DNA from: a virus
Taxonomy: Duplodnaviria; Caudoviricetes
Strand: one strand, 5' to 3'
IMG/VR virus record: IMGVR_UViG_3300029986_000023
Coordinates: 1 to 56,139 of that record
Length of the DNA: 56,139 bases
Both the position numbers and the translations under genes were made by a program. Every line of letters begins with the position of its first letter. Within the stretch, counting starts at the first letter, position 1. The notes under the pieces were generated by a model. The model saw only the letters and a program-made list of their open reading frames with translations, made no database searches and was not told the DNA's origin. Positions 20,176-28,332 of the stretch are shown here, piece by piece.

Positions 20176-20355
20176 ATGCTCAAATTCATTGACGAGCTTG
20201 CTGACGTATCCGATGCTGATATTGAGGTGATTGAGAAAATGTTACTACGGACGAAGATTGAAAACCACATGGTTTGGATTCATGGAGTGACAAAGAAATC
20301 TCCCCTCGCTCTTAGTCCTAAAGACGAAATGGTATGCACAAACCAAAAACCGTAA
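20176..20355 (+). CDS. 59-aa hypothetical protein (not in ORF track)
   Basis: MLKFIDELADVSDADIEVIEKMLL...LALSPKDE... Confidence 0.45.
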   Translation: MLKFIDELADVSDADIEVIEKMLLRTKIENHMVWIHGVTKKSPLALSPKDEMVCTNQKP

Positions 20356-20485
20356 CGTATTACTGCTACTGCCAAGAGTGCATGGACGAATGCCGCTTCA
20401 CCTTGCAGGGTGCTGAACAAACGCCGCCAGCTCGACCTACCAAATCCGCCAGCCCGACCGTACAAGGTCGCTAACCATCCCTGGT

Positions 20486-20833
20486 ATGAACACCTACTGC
20501 CAAAAGCACGCTAAACAGAAAATCTATCTCACCTGTTTGTGTGCTGTTGAGCATGGGTGTCCAGTTTGTAAACATGAAATACCTGATATGCCACCTATTA
20601 ACGAATTGATCGAGAAGTTGAAGGGATTGGAAACGAGGGCTACGAAAGGGCCGTGGAATGGATTTGGAGACATCCTTGAGTTCGTGATGGCCCTCCGCAA
20701 CGCCTTTCACCAGCTAGTAAGTGAGATTGAACGGTTGCAGGCGATGTGTTTCAAACAGGCGGTTGTTCTTGGCGAAATGCAAACCCAACTAAAGCAAGCC
20801 GAAGCTCTAAGATGTCCACATACGATTGGATGA
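20486..20833 (+). CDS. Ead/Ea22-like protein
   Basis: LE.RATKGPW..F.MALRN.F..LVSEIERL; 3' part identical to 53687..53998. Confidence 0.6.
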   Translation: MNTYCQKHAKQKIYLTCLCAVEHGCPVCKHEIPDMPPINELIEKLKGLETRATKGPWNGFGDILEFVMALRNAFHQLVSEIERLQAMCFKQAVVLGEMQTQLKQAEALRCPHTIG

Positions 20834-20890
20834 TATGCCTTGCAACCATGATGAAGCTGAACGTGATCGAGCATTGAAACTTAGACCTCT

Positions 20891-21145
20891 ATGAAATCAA
20901 TCATTATCTCACTCATTACTTGGATATTGTTTTTACTTGCTGCCCGTCGTTCTTATGTGATCTGGTTATATCTAGGCAATTTGTTGGATGAAATAAGCTA
21001 CTACGCCAATAAAGACATTAACAGTAATAAAGACTGGCGATGGCGTTATAAAGAATTTAACAAAGTATCTCAAGTTCAAATGCTTATCAAATTTTGGAAA
21101 CCGTTAAAATCGTTTTGGAAAGACCATTCCTTCCATACAGACTAA
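20891..21145 (+). CDS. Membrane-anchored hypothetical protein
   Basis: Hydrophobic N-terminus; AT-rich. Confidence 0.6.
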   Translation: MKSIIISLITWILFLLAARRSYVIWLYLGNLLDEISYYANKDINSNKDWRWRYKEFNKVSQVQMLIKFWKPLKSFWKDHSFHTD

Positions 21146-21190
21146 TATGCTCTGTCTCACCTACTAATCTAATAAAATATCAATAAACAT

Positions 21191-21553
21191 ATGAACTCAA
21201 TCATTATCGACGGAGTAACCTACGTCCCAGAAGGAACAATTAAAGGCCAAACAGCTGTGAACACTGACGGTTTGAAATACTGCATTGTTCGTACTTACAG
21301 TGCTGGTGTATTCGCTGGTTATCTCAAAAGTCTCGTGGGAAAAGAAGGTATCGTTTTGAATGCTCGACGTTTGTGGTACTGGGCAGGAGCCGCTTCACTC
21401 TCTCAACTTGCTATGGAAGGTGTGAGTAAACCAAAAGAATGTAAGTTTCCTTGCGAAGTTAACGAGGTGCAATTATCAGAAGTAATTGAAGTAATCCCAT
21501 GTACCGAAGAAGCTCAAAAGTCCATCGCTAAGGTGGCGAACTGGAGTGAGTAA
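21191..21553 (+). CDS. DUF6948-like phage protein
   Basis: CIVRTYSAGVFAG...NARRLWYWAGAASLSQLA.EGV. Confidence 0.75.
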   Translation: MNSIIIDGVTYVPEGTIKGQTAVNTDGLKYCIVRTYSAGVFAGYLKSLVGKEGIVLNARRLWYWAGAASLSQLAMEGVSKPKECKFPCEVNEVQLSEVIEVIPCTEEAQKSIAKVANWSE

Positions 21554-21821
21554 TATGACCACTACAATCGCGTCAGGCAACGGCTACGGCGACGGCTACG
21601 GAAACGGCAACGGCTACGGCTACGGAAACGGCAACGGCTACGGAAACGGCAACGGCTACGGAAACGGCGACGGCGACGGCTACGGCGACGGCTACGGAAA
21701 CGGCTACGGCGACGGCAACGGCTACGGCTACGGAAACGGCAACGGCTACGGAAACGGCAACGGCGACGGCAACGGCAACGGCTACGGAAACGGAAACGGC
21801 AACGGCAACGGCAACGGCTAG
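21546..21821 (+). CDS. Gly-X repeat protein, (G[NDY])n
   Basis: Hexamer repeat GG(C/A)-(A/G/T)AC; follows the DUF6948 gene. Confidence 0.65.
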   Translation: MSNMTTTIASGNGYGDGYGNGNGYGYGNGNGYGNGNGYGNGDGDGYGDGYGNGYGDGNGYGYGNGNGYGNGNGDGNGNGYGNGNGNGNGNG

Positions 21822-21823
21822 GC

Positions 21824-22099
21824 TTGTATGTCTTTTTGTCTCACCTGTGGCTCTACAACACTATGAAAAAGGCATTAGTTGAACTACGAATTCAAATGGT
21901 TATAGATGCGCCGGATTATTCAAATGATCCTGATGAAGAAAACTTAAGTGAATTCTATTTTGAACAACACAAGTGCGTAGAGGATTTGATAGATGAATTG
22001 AAGAAGACGCAAAAGGAAGGAGTCTGTAGGTGTAACGATGCCTCTATCCATTTTCTGGGTTTTGAAGGCGGAGAAAACAAACTGGAACAACCTGAATAA
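21824..22099 (+). CDS. Hypothetical protein
   Basis: ORF track; likely start MKKALV. Confidence 0.55.
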   Translation: MYVFLSHLWLYNTMKKALVELRIQMVIDAPDYSNDPDEENLSEFYFEQHKCVEDLIDELKKTQKEGVCRCNDASIHFLGFEGGENKLEQPE

Positions 22100-22257
22100 A
22101 GTAGTATAATGGATTAGCCAATGGTAGCGCGAGCTGGCGAGGTTCCGTCTTCGTCGGTTCCGTCGAGTACATAGTTTACGCGTTGAATGGTTCGATTCCG
22201 CCCTGGTGGGCAACGGGTTCGGCTGTGTACTCAACAGAACGAAAGCTCAAAAACTTG

Positions 22258-22474
22258 TTCATTTGATTGAGTTCATGAGGCGGCCGAGGAGTCGCTAAAA
22301 GGTGCATAATGAGACACTGGGGAGGCTCAACCAAGGCCGCAAGGCTGTATTACCAAGTGTGTCTGCCCGTCAAAGCGGGCCGTGAACTCTATTGAATGAA
22401 TATGGCTTAGTAATACGCAAGCCTGCGAGTATAAAGATCGTAGAGGATAAGATTCACGACATAATCGCTAAGCC
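22258..22474 (+). ncRNA. Candidate structured RNA (two multibranch domains)
   Basis: ttcatttgattgagttcatg pairs with cgtgaactctattgaatgaa via G-U; ggcttag/ctaagcc; internal ggcc-gcaa-ggct and gcccg..cgggc hairpins. Confidence 0.5.
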
Positions 22475-22491
22475 CCACTGGGCCGAATCAT

Positions 22492-22854
22492 TTGAGTGAT
22501 ATGGAAGAGAAACCAAAAATAGATAACAAGAGAACGCTATCACAGAATCGAGCTTTGCATTTATACTTTACTCTCGTTGCCACGTCTTTGAATGCCGCTG
22601 GAATAGAAATCAAGGCGTCACTCCCCGACATGGAGATTCCATGGTCGCCAGAGACGGTCAAAATTCTTCTATGGAAGACGGTTCAAAGAATACTGGTTCA
22701 AAAGGAACACACGGCGGACTTGTCCACAAAGGAAATTGATTTGGTGTATGACGTGGTGAATCGTCATCTGGCATCGCTCGGCATCCATGAGGCATTTCCA
22801 AGCATTGAGACTTTGATGCTGATAAACCCCAGCAAAAGTGATACAATATCCTAA
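22492..22854 (+). CDS. ninB: NinB-like protein
   Basis: RTLSQNRALHLYF..VA, HTADLSTKE; upstream of NinG. Confidence 0.65.
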   Translation: MSDMEEKPKIDNKRTLSQNRALHLYFTLVATSLNAAGIEIKASLPDMEIPWSPETVKILLWKTVQRILVQKEHTADLSTKEIDLVYDVVNRHLASLGIHEAFPSIETLMLINPSKSDTIS

Positions 22855-23264
22855 TGAACTACTTCAAAGTAAAATCCAAAAAGAAACCATCAATAAGTCG
22901 TTTGAAAAAACAACTTGAGATTCTAGTAAAACAATTCGTGAAAATAAGGGACAAAAACATTTGTCAGCGGTGCGGCAAGTACGTTACAGGATCAGATTGT
23001 CACGGGTCACACGTCATCCCTGTATCTGCTGGGAATCAATTCCGTTTCGATCCTTTGAACATCAAGACACTTTGTTATCACTGCCACATAAATTGGTGGC
23101 ACAAGAATCCTATTGAAGCTGGTGACTGGTTCCAAGCCAAATTTCCTGAACGTTATGATTACCTATTTGGTAAACCAAGAATGTCAGTAAAATACACGGT
23201 TCAATGGTATCAAGACATGATAGAGAAATATAAAGCACTTTTGAAAACTTTGTCGAAGGAGTAA
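22854..23264 (+). CDS. ninG: NinG/Rap-like HNH nuclease
   Basis: FVKIRD...CQRCG...HGSHVIP......RFDPLNI..LC..CH. Confidence 0.8.
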   Translation: MNYFKVKSKKKPSISRLKKQLEILVKQFVKIRDKNICQRCGKYVTGSDCHGSHVIPVSAGNQFRFDPLNIKTLCYHCHINWWHKNPIEAGDWFQAKFPERYDYLFGKPRMSVKYTVQWYQDMIEKYKALLKTLSKE

Positions 23265-23274
23265 AATATAAACA

Positions 23275-23725
23275 CAGCGCGACATTCCCACATTCGTTTG
23301 TGGGTAGGCACTGATTGGCTATCTATTTCATCACTGTCAGGTGGTGTGCATAGGGTCGTAGCTGAACAGGAACCCGCTCAAATCTTCATAAACATGAATT
23401 GGTGAGGTTTTGAAACTTCCTCGCCCGTTCGTGCGCTTGACCAAATGTAAAGAAAACGGATAGCAAATTGGCCTCAAATGCCAGCTCCGTTTAAGACGTT
23501 GGTTAGGCACACGAGCGTTCGTGCGCTCTGTTCTTTGAAGAACCTTTATCGGAGCGCATCGACCCCAACTCTTCCACGTTGGGCGTTCCGTTTAACTGTC
23601 CGAAATTATCGGACGTTTGAACGGAGCGATTAACGCTCCTCAGAGACGGAATTGGTGAGACGTAAAATCTCGCCCGTTTCGTCCTCATTCGAGCTTGGGT
23701 GTCTTGGGCTAGAGTGAGAACGGAA
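23275..23725 (+). ncRNA. Candidate long structured RNA/leader
   Basis: Run of G-U-rich hairpins (e.g. 23584-23628, 23679-23724); twice-repeated GAATTGGTGAG..CTCGCCCGTT motif. Confidence 0.45.
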
Positions 23726-23739
23726 CGAAAGGAGATAAC

Positions 23740-23901
23740 ATGGAAACTGAAGATCCCGTGATCAAGTGGATGAGAAGCACTGTGATGGTTTGTCACAACT
23801 GCCGTCGAAGTACACGCCACGATGTGGGTGTGAAATACGTTGACGGAAAGGAGATAGACATTCGCAACTGTCTGCACTGCAAGACGCTTACGGAAAGCTA
23901 A
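23740..23901 (+). CDS. 53-aa Zn-ribbon protein (not in ORF track)
   Basis: AAGGAGA SD; METEDPVIKWMRSTVMVCHNC...RNCLHCKTLTES. Confidence 0.65.
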   Translation: METEDPVIKWMRSTVMVCHNCRRSTRHDVGVKYVDGKEIDIRNCLHCKTLTES

Positions 23902-23942
23902 CAAGCCTTCCGTTTTTCATCAAAAAACACCCGTAATGGGTG
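23890..23942. terminator. Back-to-back terminators at the convergence of early and late transcription
   Basis: Plus strand acggaa..ttccgt-tttt; minus strand caccc-attac-gggtg-tttttt. Confidence 0.6.
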
Positions 23943-23943
23943 C

Positions 23944-24312
23944 TTATTTGTATTCCTCAATAAGTTGATCGTAAGTTTCCCAAGGTATCCCAAGTTTGTT
24001 AGCGATTAAATGCTCCACAACCGTGGCAAAGTCATGGAATGGCGCGTATGGAGCATCAGGGTCGTTGCCCGCTTCTCCAGGCTTACCAGAGGCCAGAAAT
24101 GAGGCATCGAAGGCCGTCACTTGTTCATCCGTCACCCCATTCTTCATGCAAAGGTAAAACTCTACCAATTCATGTACCAAGAGTACAAAGTTCATGTCGG
24201 CATCGCCCAAGTCCACGCCTTTGATGTAACCGCCGTAAGCAGTAGGAATCCAATCGCCTACATCTTCATTCCTGATATCTTTTTTATCCACCGTTTCAAG
24301 AATGAAGCGCAT
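23944..24312 (-). CDS. HExxE-motif putative metallo-hydrolase/peptidase
   Basis: LLVHELVEFYLC..., distal PYAPFHDFAT; start reassigned to MRFILE. Confidence 0.55.
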   Translation of the reverse strand: MRFILETVDKKDIRNEDVGDWIPTAYGGYIKGVDLGDADMNFVLLVHELVEFYLCMKNGVTDEQVTAFDASFLASGKPGEAGNDPDAPYAPFHDFATVVEHLIANKLGIPWETYDQLIEEYK

Positions 24313-24313
24313 A

Positions 24314-24454
24314 TCAACGGCATTGAGGAGGAATGCCTGAAATCTTGCCACATGCACAGACGCCGCTTCGATCCGTTTGGACGTGCATGTTTCCCACGCA
24401 GTTGTTTTTGCTGAACTTCCTTTTGAACTTGGAGAACCATTGGCGAAGTTTCAT
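24314..24454 (-). CDS. 46-aa basic, Cys-containing peptide (not in ORF track)
   Basis: MKLRQWFSKFKRKFSKNNCVGNMHVQTDRSGVCACGKISGIPPQCR; fills the gap exactly (3-nt and 1-nt spacers). Confidence 0.55.
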   Translation of the reverse strand: MKLRQWFSKFKRKFSKNNCVGNMHVQTDRSGVCACGKISGIPPQCR

Positions 24455-24457
24455 AGG

Positions 24458-25840
24458 CTAAAAGAGGTTATTTTTTAGGCCGTAAGCGTAGCGTTTCTGA
24501 ATGGCCCCAGGATATGCCTTGGAGAGATAGTCGAGAAGAGGGCGGGTGTATTTGTTTGGAAAGTTGAATCCTTCGAGGTTATTGTAGCAATCCTTCGCCG
24601 CACTCGGAATCGAATCACCAGTACCCGTAACAACCGCAAGCTGATAATCGGCCCCAACCGTCACAAGTTGGTCGCCTTTCATCTTGACATCCATGTTCCA
24701 AACATTGTCTTGGATTTCTTCGTCGTAATCAACATCGGCATCCTCTGGTGTTACGATCTTTCCGTCACTGTTTTTGAAGTTGAAAACTCGAACGCTGGAG
24801 GCGAATTTATGAGGTGCGTTCTCATAAGGATTGCGATGTTCCATCAGAGCCTCGAAAAATTCTTTACACGAACCCACAAGAGCCAATTCGCTATAAAGGC
24901 AATTGAAGCCCGCTCGATTGGAGCAGAATTCGGAAAAGTAAGGCGTACCATCAGTTGGATCAAATAAAATGGATGCGTCAAAAATGAATACGCCCTTATG
25001 TGCCTTTGCCATTTTGTAGACAGCGGGTGGGAAGGCCATTTCATTGATCTGCGCTCCTGGATCCGTTGTGAAGACCAGATCGGCCGAGCAACCTGTCAAA
25101 AAAGAAATATCACCCGCTCCGATCTTCTTCAATTCAATATCAACAGTCGTGGCGACGAGTTTTCCATCGACAAACAATGCTTCGGGGGTGATCTCTACGG
25201 CATTGGCAATCTTTTTTTCTAACAGAAAACCACCACGCTCAAATTCCTTTTGGTTTTTCTCCAACTTTTTTGTGATGTCATCGCGTGCCTTTTCTGGATC
25301 ATCAGAATCAGGTACGGAGGTGGGAGCAGATTCGTCAAATCCTTTGGCGACCCATGCGGAATCGGTATCCTGTAGAAATTGAATAGCGTCGGCTACCTTG
25401 GAAAACTCATGCTCTTCGGCTACCTCTAAACCAGGATAGTTGGCCTCGACAAACTTTTTAGCAGCGGCACGATCTACCTCTAACTTTCGATCTTCCTCCG
25501 TACAGTACAAGCCCATCATCTTACAGTCCTTCAACTGTTCGGCGTACTCAAAAACCAAGTTGAATCCCGCGAAGAAAAACGCCTCTTCAGGTTTCTTGTC
25601 ATTCAAAACCATCTGAACCATCTTTTCAGGAGTGACTTTTTTCACGATCCCGTCGAAAGCAGACATGCGTTTCTTCTTGTCATCACTCTCTTCGTGTTTT
25701 TTTCCGTCAGCCGAGGTTTCCGTGGATCGAATATCAGGCAAAAGAGACACAACAACGTCCACACCTTCACGTTGTAAATGTTCAGCCACGGGAAGACATT
25801 CCCCGAAGAAATCCATGAAATAAGCGCGTTTCAAGGGCAT
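24458..25840 (-). CDS. PurD-like ATP-grasp ligase
   Basis: LEVDRAAAKKF, WVAKG, FLLEKKI...EI, KKIGAGD..FLTG, YFSEF..RAG correspond to GAR-synthetase motifs; start reassigned to MPLKRA. Confidence 0.7.
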   Translation of the reverse strand: MPLKRAYFMDFFGECLPVAEHLQREGVDVVVSLLPDIRSTETSADGKKHEESDDKKKRMSAFDGIVKKVTPEKMVQMVLNDKKPEEAFFFAGFNLVFEYAEQLKDCKMMGLYCTEEDRKLEVDRAAAKKFVEANYPGLEVAEEHEFSKVADAIQFLQDTDSAWVAKGFDESAPTSVPDSDDPEKARDDITKKLEKNQKEFERGGFLLEKKIANAVEITPEALFVDGKLVATTVDIELKKIGAGDISFLTGCSADLVFTTDPGAQINEMAFPPAVYKMAKAHKGVFIFDASILFDPTDGTPYFSEFCSNRAGFNCLYSELALVGSCKEFFEALMEHRNPYENAPHKFASSVRVFNFKNSDGKIVTPEDADVDYDEEIQDNVWNMDVKMKGDQLVTVGADYQLAVVTGTGDSIPSAAKDCYNNLEGFNFPNKYTRPLLDYLSKAYPGAIQKRYAYGLKNNLF

Positions 25841-25848
25841 AGGTGGTG

Positions 25849-25877
25849 TTGACAAATCTATGAATCCATGATACGCT
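25849..25877 (+). promoter_or_regulatory. Promoter for the HNH-AP2 gene
   Basis: TTGACA-17-TACGCT. Confidence 0.55.
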
Positions 25878-25981
25878 TTCCGTGCGAAAAGTCCAGCCAA
25901 AAAAGTCACTCAAAGGTTGAGAGGTGGAGAAATCCACGCGGTAGCTGGTACCGTCGCACTCTCAGCCTCTGAGTGATTTTT

Positions 25982-26467
25982 ATGAAAAAAATAGAATTGA
26001 CAAAAGGGTATCATGCGAAGGTAGATGACGATGATTTTGATCGTATTTCAAAGTCTTCGTGGTATCTACATAGCATGACCAAAAAATCAAAACTGGTTTA
26101 TGCCTCCAGGAAACTACCGAATTATGGAAAAGATGTATCAATGCATCGGATCATAATGGAGGCCGAAAAAGGCCAGCATGTAGATCACATAAATGGCGAT
26201 GGACTCGACAACCGAAAGGAAAATCTGCGTCTCTGCTGTCATTCGGAGAATTTGAGAAACCGAGGAAAGAATGTCAATAACACTTCAGGATTTAAAGGCG
26301 TCGTAAAGCAGAAAAATGGTAAGCCATGGTCGGCGGAAATTACGGTAAATTATAAACACATCCATTTAGGAACATTCAAAACAAAAATCGAGGCAGCAAA
26401 GGCCTACAACGTAGCAGCACTAAAATATCACGGCGAGTTTGCTCGACTAAACGTAATTCCAAAATAA
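25982..26467 (+). CDS. HNH-AP2 homing endonuclease, free-standing and antisense to the late operon
   Basis: VDHINGDGLDNRKENLR, NNTSGFKGV, W.A.I...HLGTF....EAA.AYN.AA..YHGEFARLN. Confidence 0.92.
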   Translation: MKKIELTKGYHAKVDDDDFDRISKSSWYLHSMTKKSKLVYASRKLPNYGKDVSMHRIIMEAEKGQHVDHINGDGLDNRKENLRLCCHSENLRNRGKNVNNTSGFKGVVKQKNGKPWSAEITVNYKHIHLGTFKTKIEAAKAYNVAALKYHGEFARLNVIPK

Positions 26468-26594
26468 TATGACCGATATTCTACTTGCCGCAATTCTCGC
26501 AGTGATAATCAAAGTTGCTGTGGATCATCGTAACGATTGAATGTAATCACTAAATGATATGCTTCAAACATTTCTGATTATCTGTTGTCTCTGG

Positions 26595-28331
26595 CTACTG
26601 ATTACCAAAAACTGATACGGCTGCTTTTTTAGCTGCCCCTTTTAAAAGAGGTTTTGCTATGGGAGCAATCGCTTTGGCGAACATTGGGACGCGGGTTGCC
26701 GTCTCACCAACGATTCGTGGAGAAGAGGTAGCTGCCGTCGCTGCCATGCCAGGTATCACATAAGGATTATGGATCATGGACTCAAAGCCACCCATCCCCT
26801 CACTCCCAAGCAAAAACGTAGTTAGATATGATCCAAGACCCTCCGCTGTCCATTTTGACATGAGAAGTCCCGCGATGTCAGACATCAAATCCTTACTGGC
26901 TTTTGCTCCGAGTTGTTCCGTCACGTTTCGATAGACAATCGACTTTGGATTGAAGACGTTGAGTAGTTTACGGGCAGCCGTAGTCGGGGTTTTCGTCTCA
27001 AGGCTCAATGCACTTTTGGCTTGGTCAATAAATTGTGAGGCGGCGGCGTATTCTTTGTTCATCACTCCAACTTCAGGAGCACGCTCCGAGATATAATCCG
27101 AGAGGCCAGAAGAAAGTCCTGTGACGATGGCATCAAAGGATTTGGCAGCTCCGCTTGGAGAAATGCCACCCACACGATAGCTGGAGATGATCTTACGCAA
27201 CTGGTTCATGCCTTTTGGTGTTGTGTCATCCCAATCATAGACGCGTTGAACCAATTCCGTGAGATTGTTCTGATAGGATTTTGGGAGCGTGGCTTTTGTA
27301 AAATCAAGATTGGTTCCCTTTGTCGGAACATTGAAGTCAGTGAGCGTCTGTGTGATGCTCTTTTTTATTCCTTGTGTGGTAAGTGCCTTTTCGGGAACTG
27401 ACTTTTCTACTGCGGCCATGTTTGCCTCGTAAGCATCGCTGCGCGCGGATTTGAGGGCATCGAGAGCATCCTTAGCATCCTGCGTAATTTTCTCTGCGCC
27501 AAGTTCGGGATTCTCGGACATCTTTTTGATCGACGCCTGAACCGCTTCAGGATTTTCAATCGCGTAATTAATGGCAGCCTTCGGGACGCCGCTTAATTTC
27601 GATGCGACGAACGTAGCCGCCTCCTTTGCCATGTTTCCAAAAGGTTTGGACGCCGCAGCCATTACAGGCTCCAGGAGAGGCATAGCAGCCCCCAATGCGG
27701 CTCCATATGCTCCTTGTTTCCATGATCCAGTTTGGGCGGCGGAAAGCGCGCCTGTTTCTGCGGCCTGTGTAGCCATTCGAGGCAGAAGCGCGGCACCAGC
27801 CTCTTCACCCATGCCAGGCACGGCAAATTCAGCCACGTTCGCCGCAAGCGCGCCTGCCTGTTCTGGTAGACCTTTTGGAGCGAAGTCCTGTTGAGATTTT
27901 GTCACGCCCTGCTGGATGCCTTGTTGAACCTCTCCCGCCATCTGTGGAGTAAATCCAAGTTTGCGAGCGACAGGTTGGATGACATCTTTGGCGATGGTTT
28001 TTCCAACAGGAGTTGAGGCCGCCCAGTTTCCAGCCGTCACGCCGAGTTCTGCCGCGTTTGGAACCATTCCAGCGATCTGTTTTCCAGCACCGACGAGAGC
28101 TTCGTTCCCGATGTTGACGGGATTATATTTATTGATTGTACCCATTACATCCTCCGCTTTTTGCGTCCATGTTTCTGGTGCTGGAGTTGGAGCAGATGTA
28201 GTATTCGCCGCTGACGGCATAAACCCCAAATCGGAATACTGATTTGACGAAGCAGGCGCAGCCGTAGTTGGTGCGCTTGTTTTCGGTTGTACCGCAGAAG
28301 GCATGAAGCCCAGCGAGGAGTAGTCATCCAT
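26595..28331 (-). CDS. Putative DNA ejection/internal virion protein
   Basis: Ala/Gly-rich helical protein at the end of a podovirus-type tail block; repeated YS.LGFMPSA. Confidence 0.55.
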   Translation of the reverse strand: MDDYSSLGFMPSAVQPKTSAPTTAAPASSNQYSDLGFMPSAANTTSAPTPAPETWTQKAEDVMGTINKYNPVNIGNEALVGAGKQIAGMVPNAAELGVTAGNWAASTPVGKTIAKDVIQPVARKLGFTPQMAGEVQQGIQQGVTKSQQDFAPKGLPEQAGALAANVAEFAVPGMGEEAGAALLPRMATQAAETGALSAAQTGSWKQGAYGAALGAAMPLLEPVMAAASKPFGNMAKEAATFVASKLSGVPKAAINYAIENPEAVQASIKKMSENPELGAEKITQDAKDALDALKSARSDAYEANMAAVEKSVPEKALTTQGIKKSITQTLTDFNVPTKGTNLDFTKATLPKSYQNNLTELVQRVYDWDDTTPKGMNQLRKIISSYRVGGISPSGAAKSFDAIVTGLSSGLSDYISERAPEVGVMNKEYAAASQFIDQAKSALSLETKTPTTAARKLLNVFNPKSIVYRNVTEQLGAKASKDLMSDIAGLLMSKWTAEGLGSYLTTFLLGSEGMGGFESMIHNPYVIPGMAATAATSSPRIVGETATRVPMFAKAIAPIAKPLLKGAAKKAAVSVFGNQ

Positions 28332-28332
28332 A

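Larger units (their letters stand above)
21141..22636. repeat. ~1.5-kb direct repeat with 54643..56139 (runs to the window end)
   Basis: Identical ORF set at an offset of 33,503; only about two differences seen, both near the left edge. Confidence 0.97.

Noticed and set aside
21576-21818. CRISPR array, or DGR variable region (AAC/GAC/TAC variation)
   Set aside because: It is a coding hexamer repeat without spacers; there is no reverse transcriptase, and the second copy is identical rather than A-mutated.
22111-22212. tRNA gene (D-loop-like agccaatggtag, T-loop ggttcgattcc)
   Set aside because: The T-stem pairs only 2-3 bp and no acceptor or anticodon stem can be built; at most a decayed remnant.
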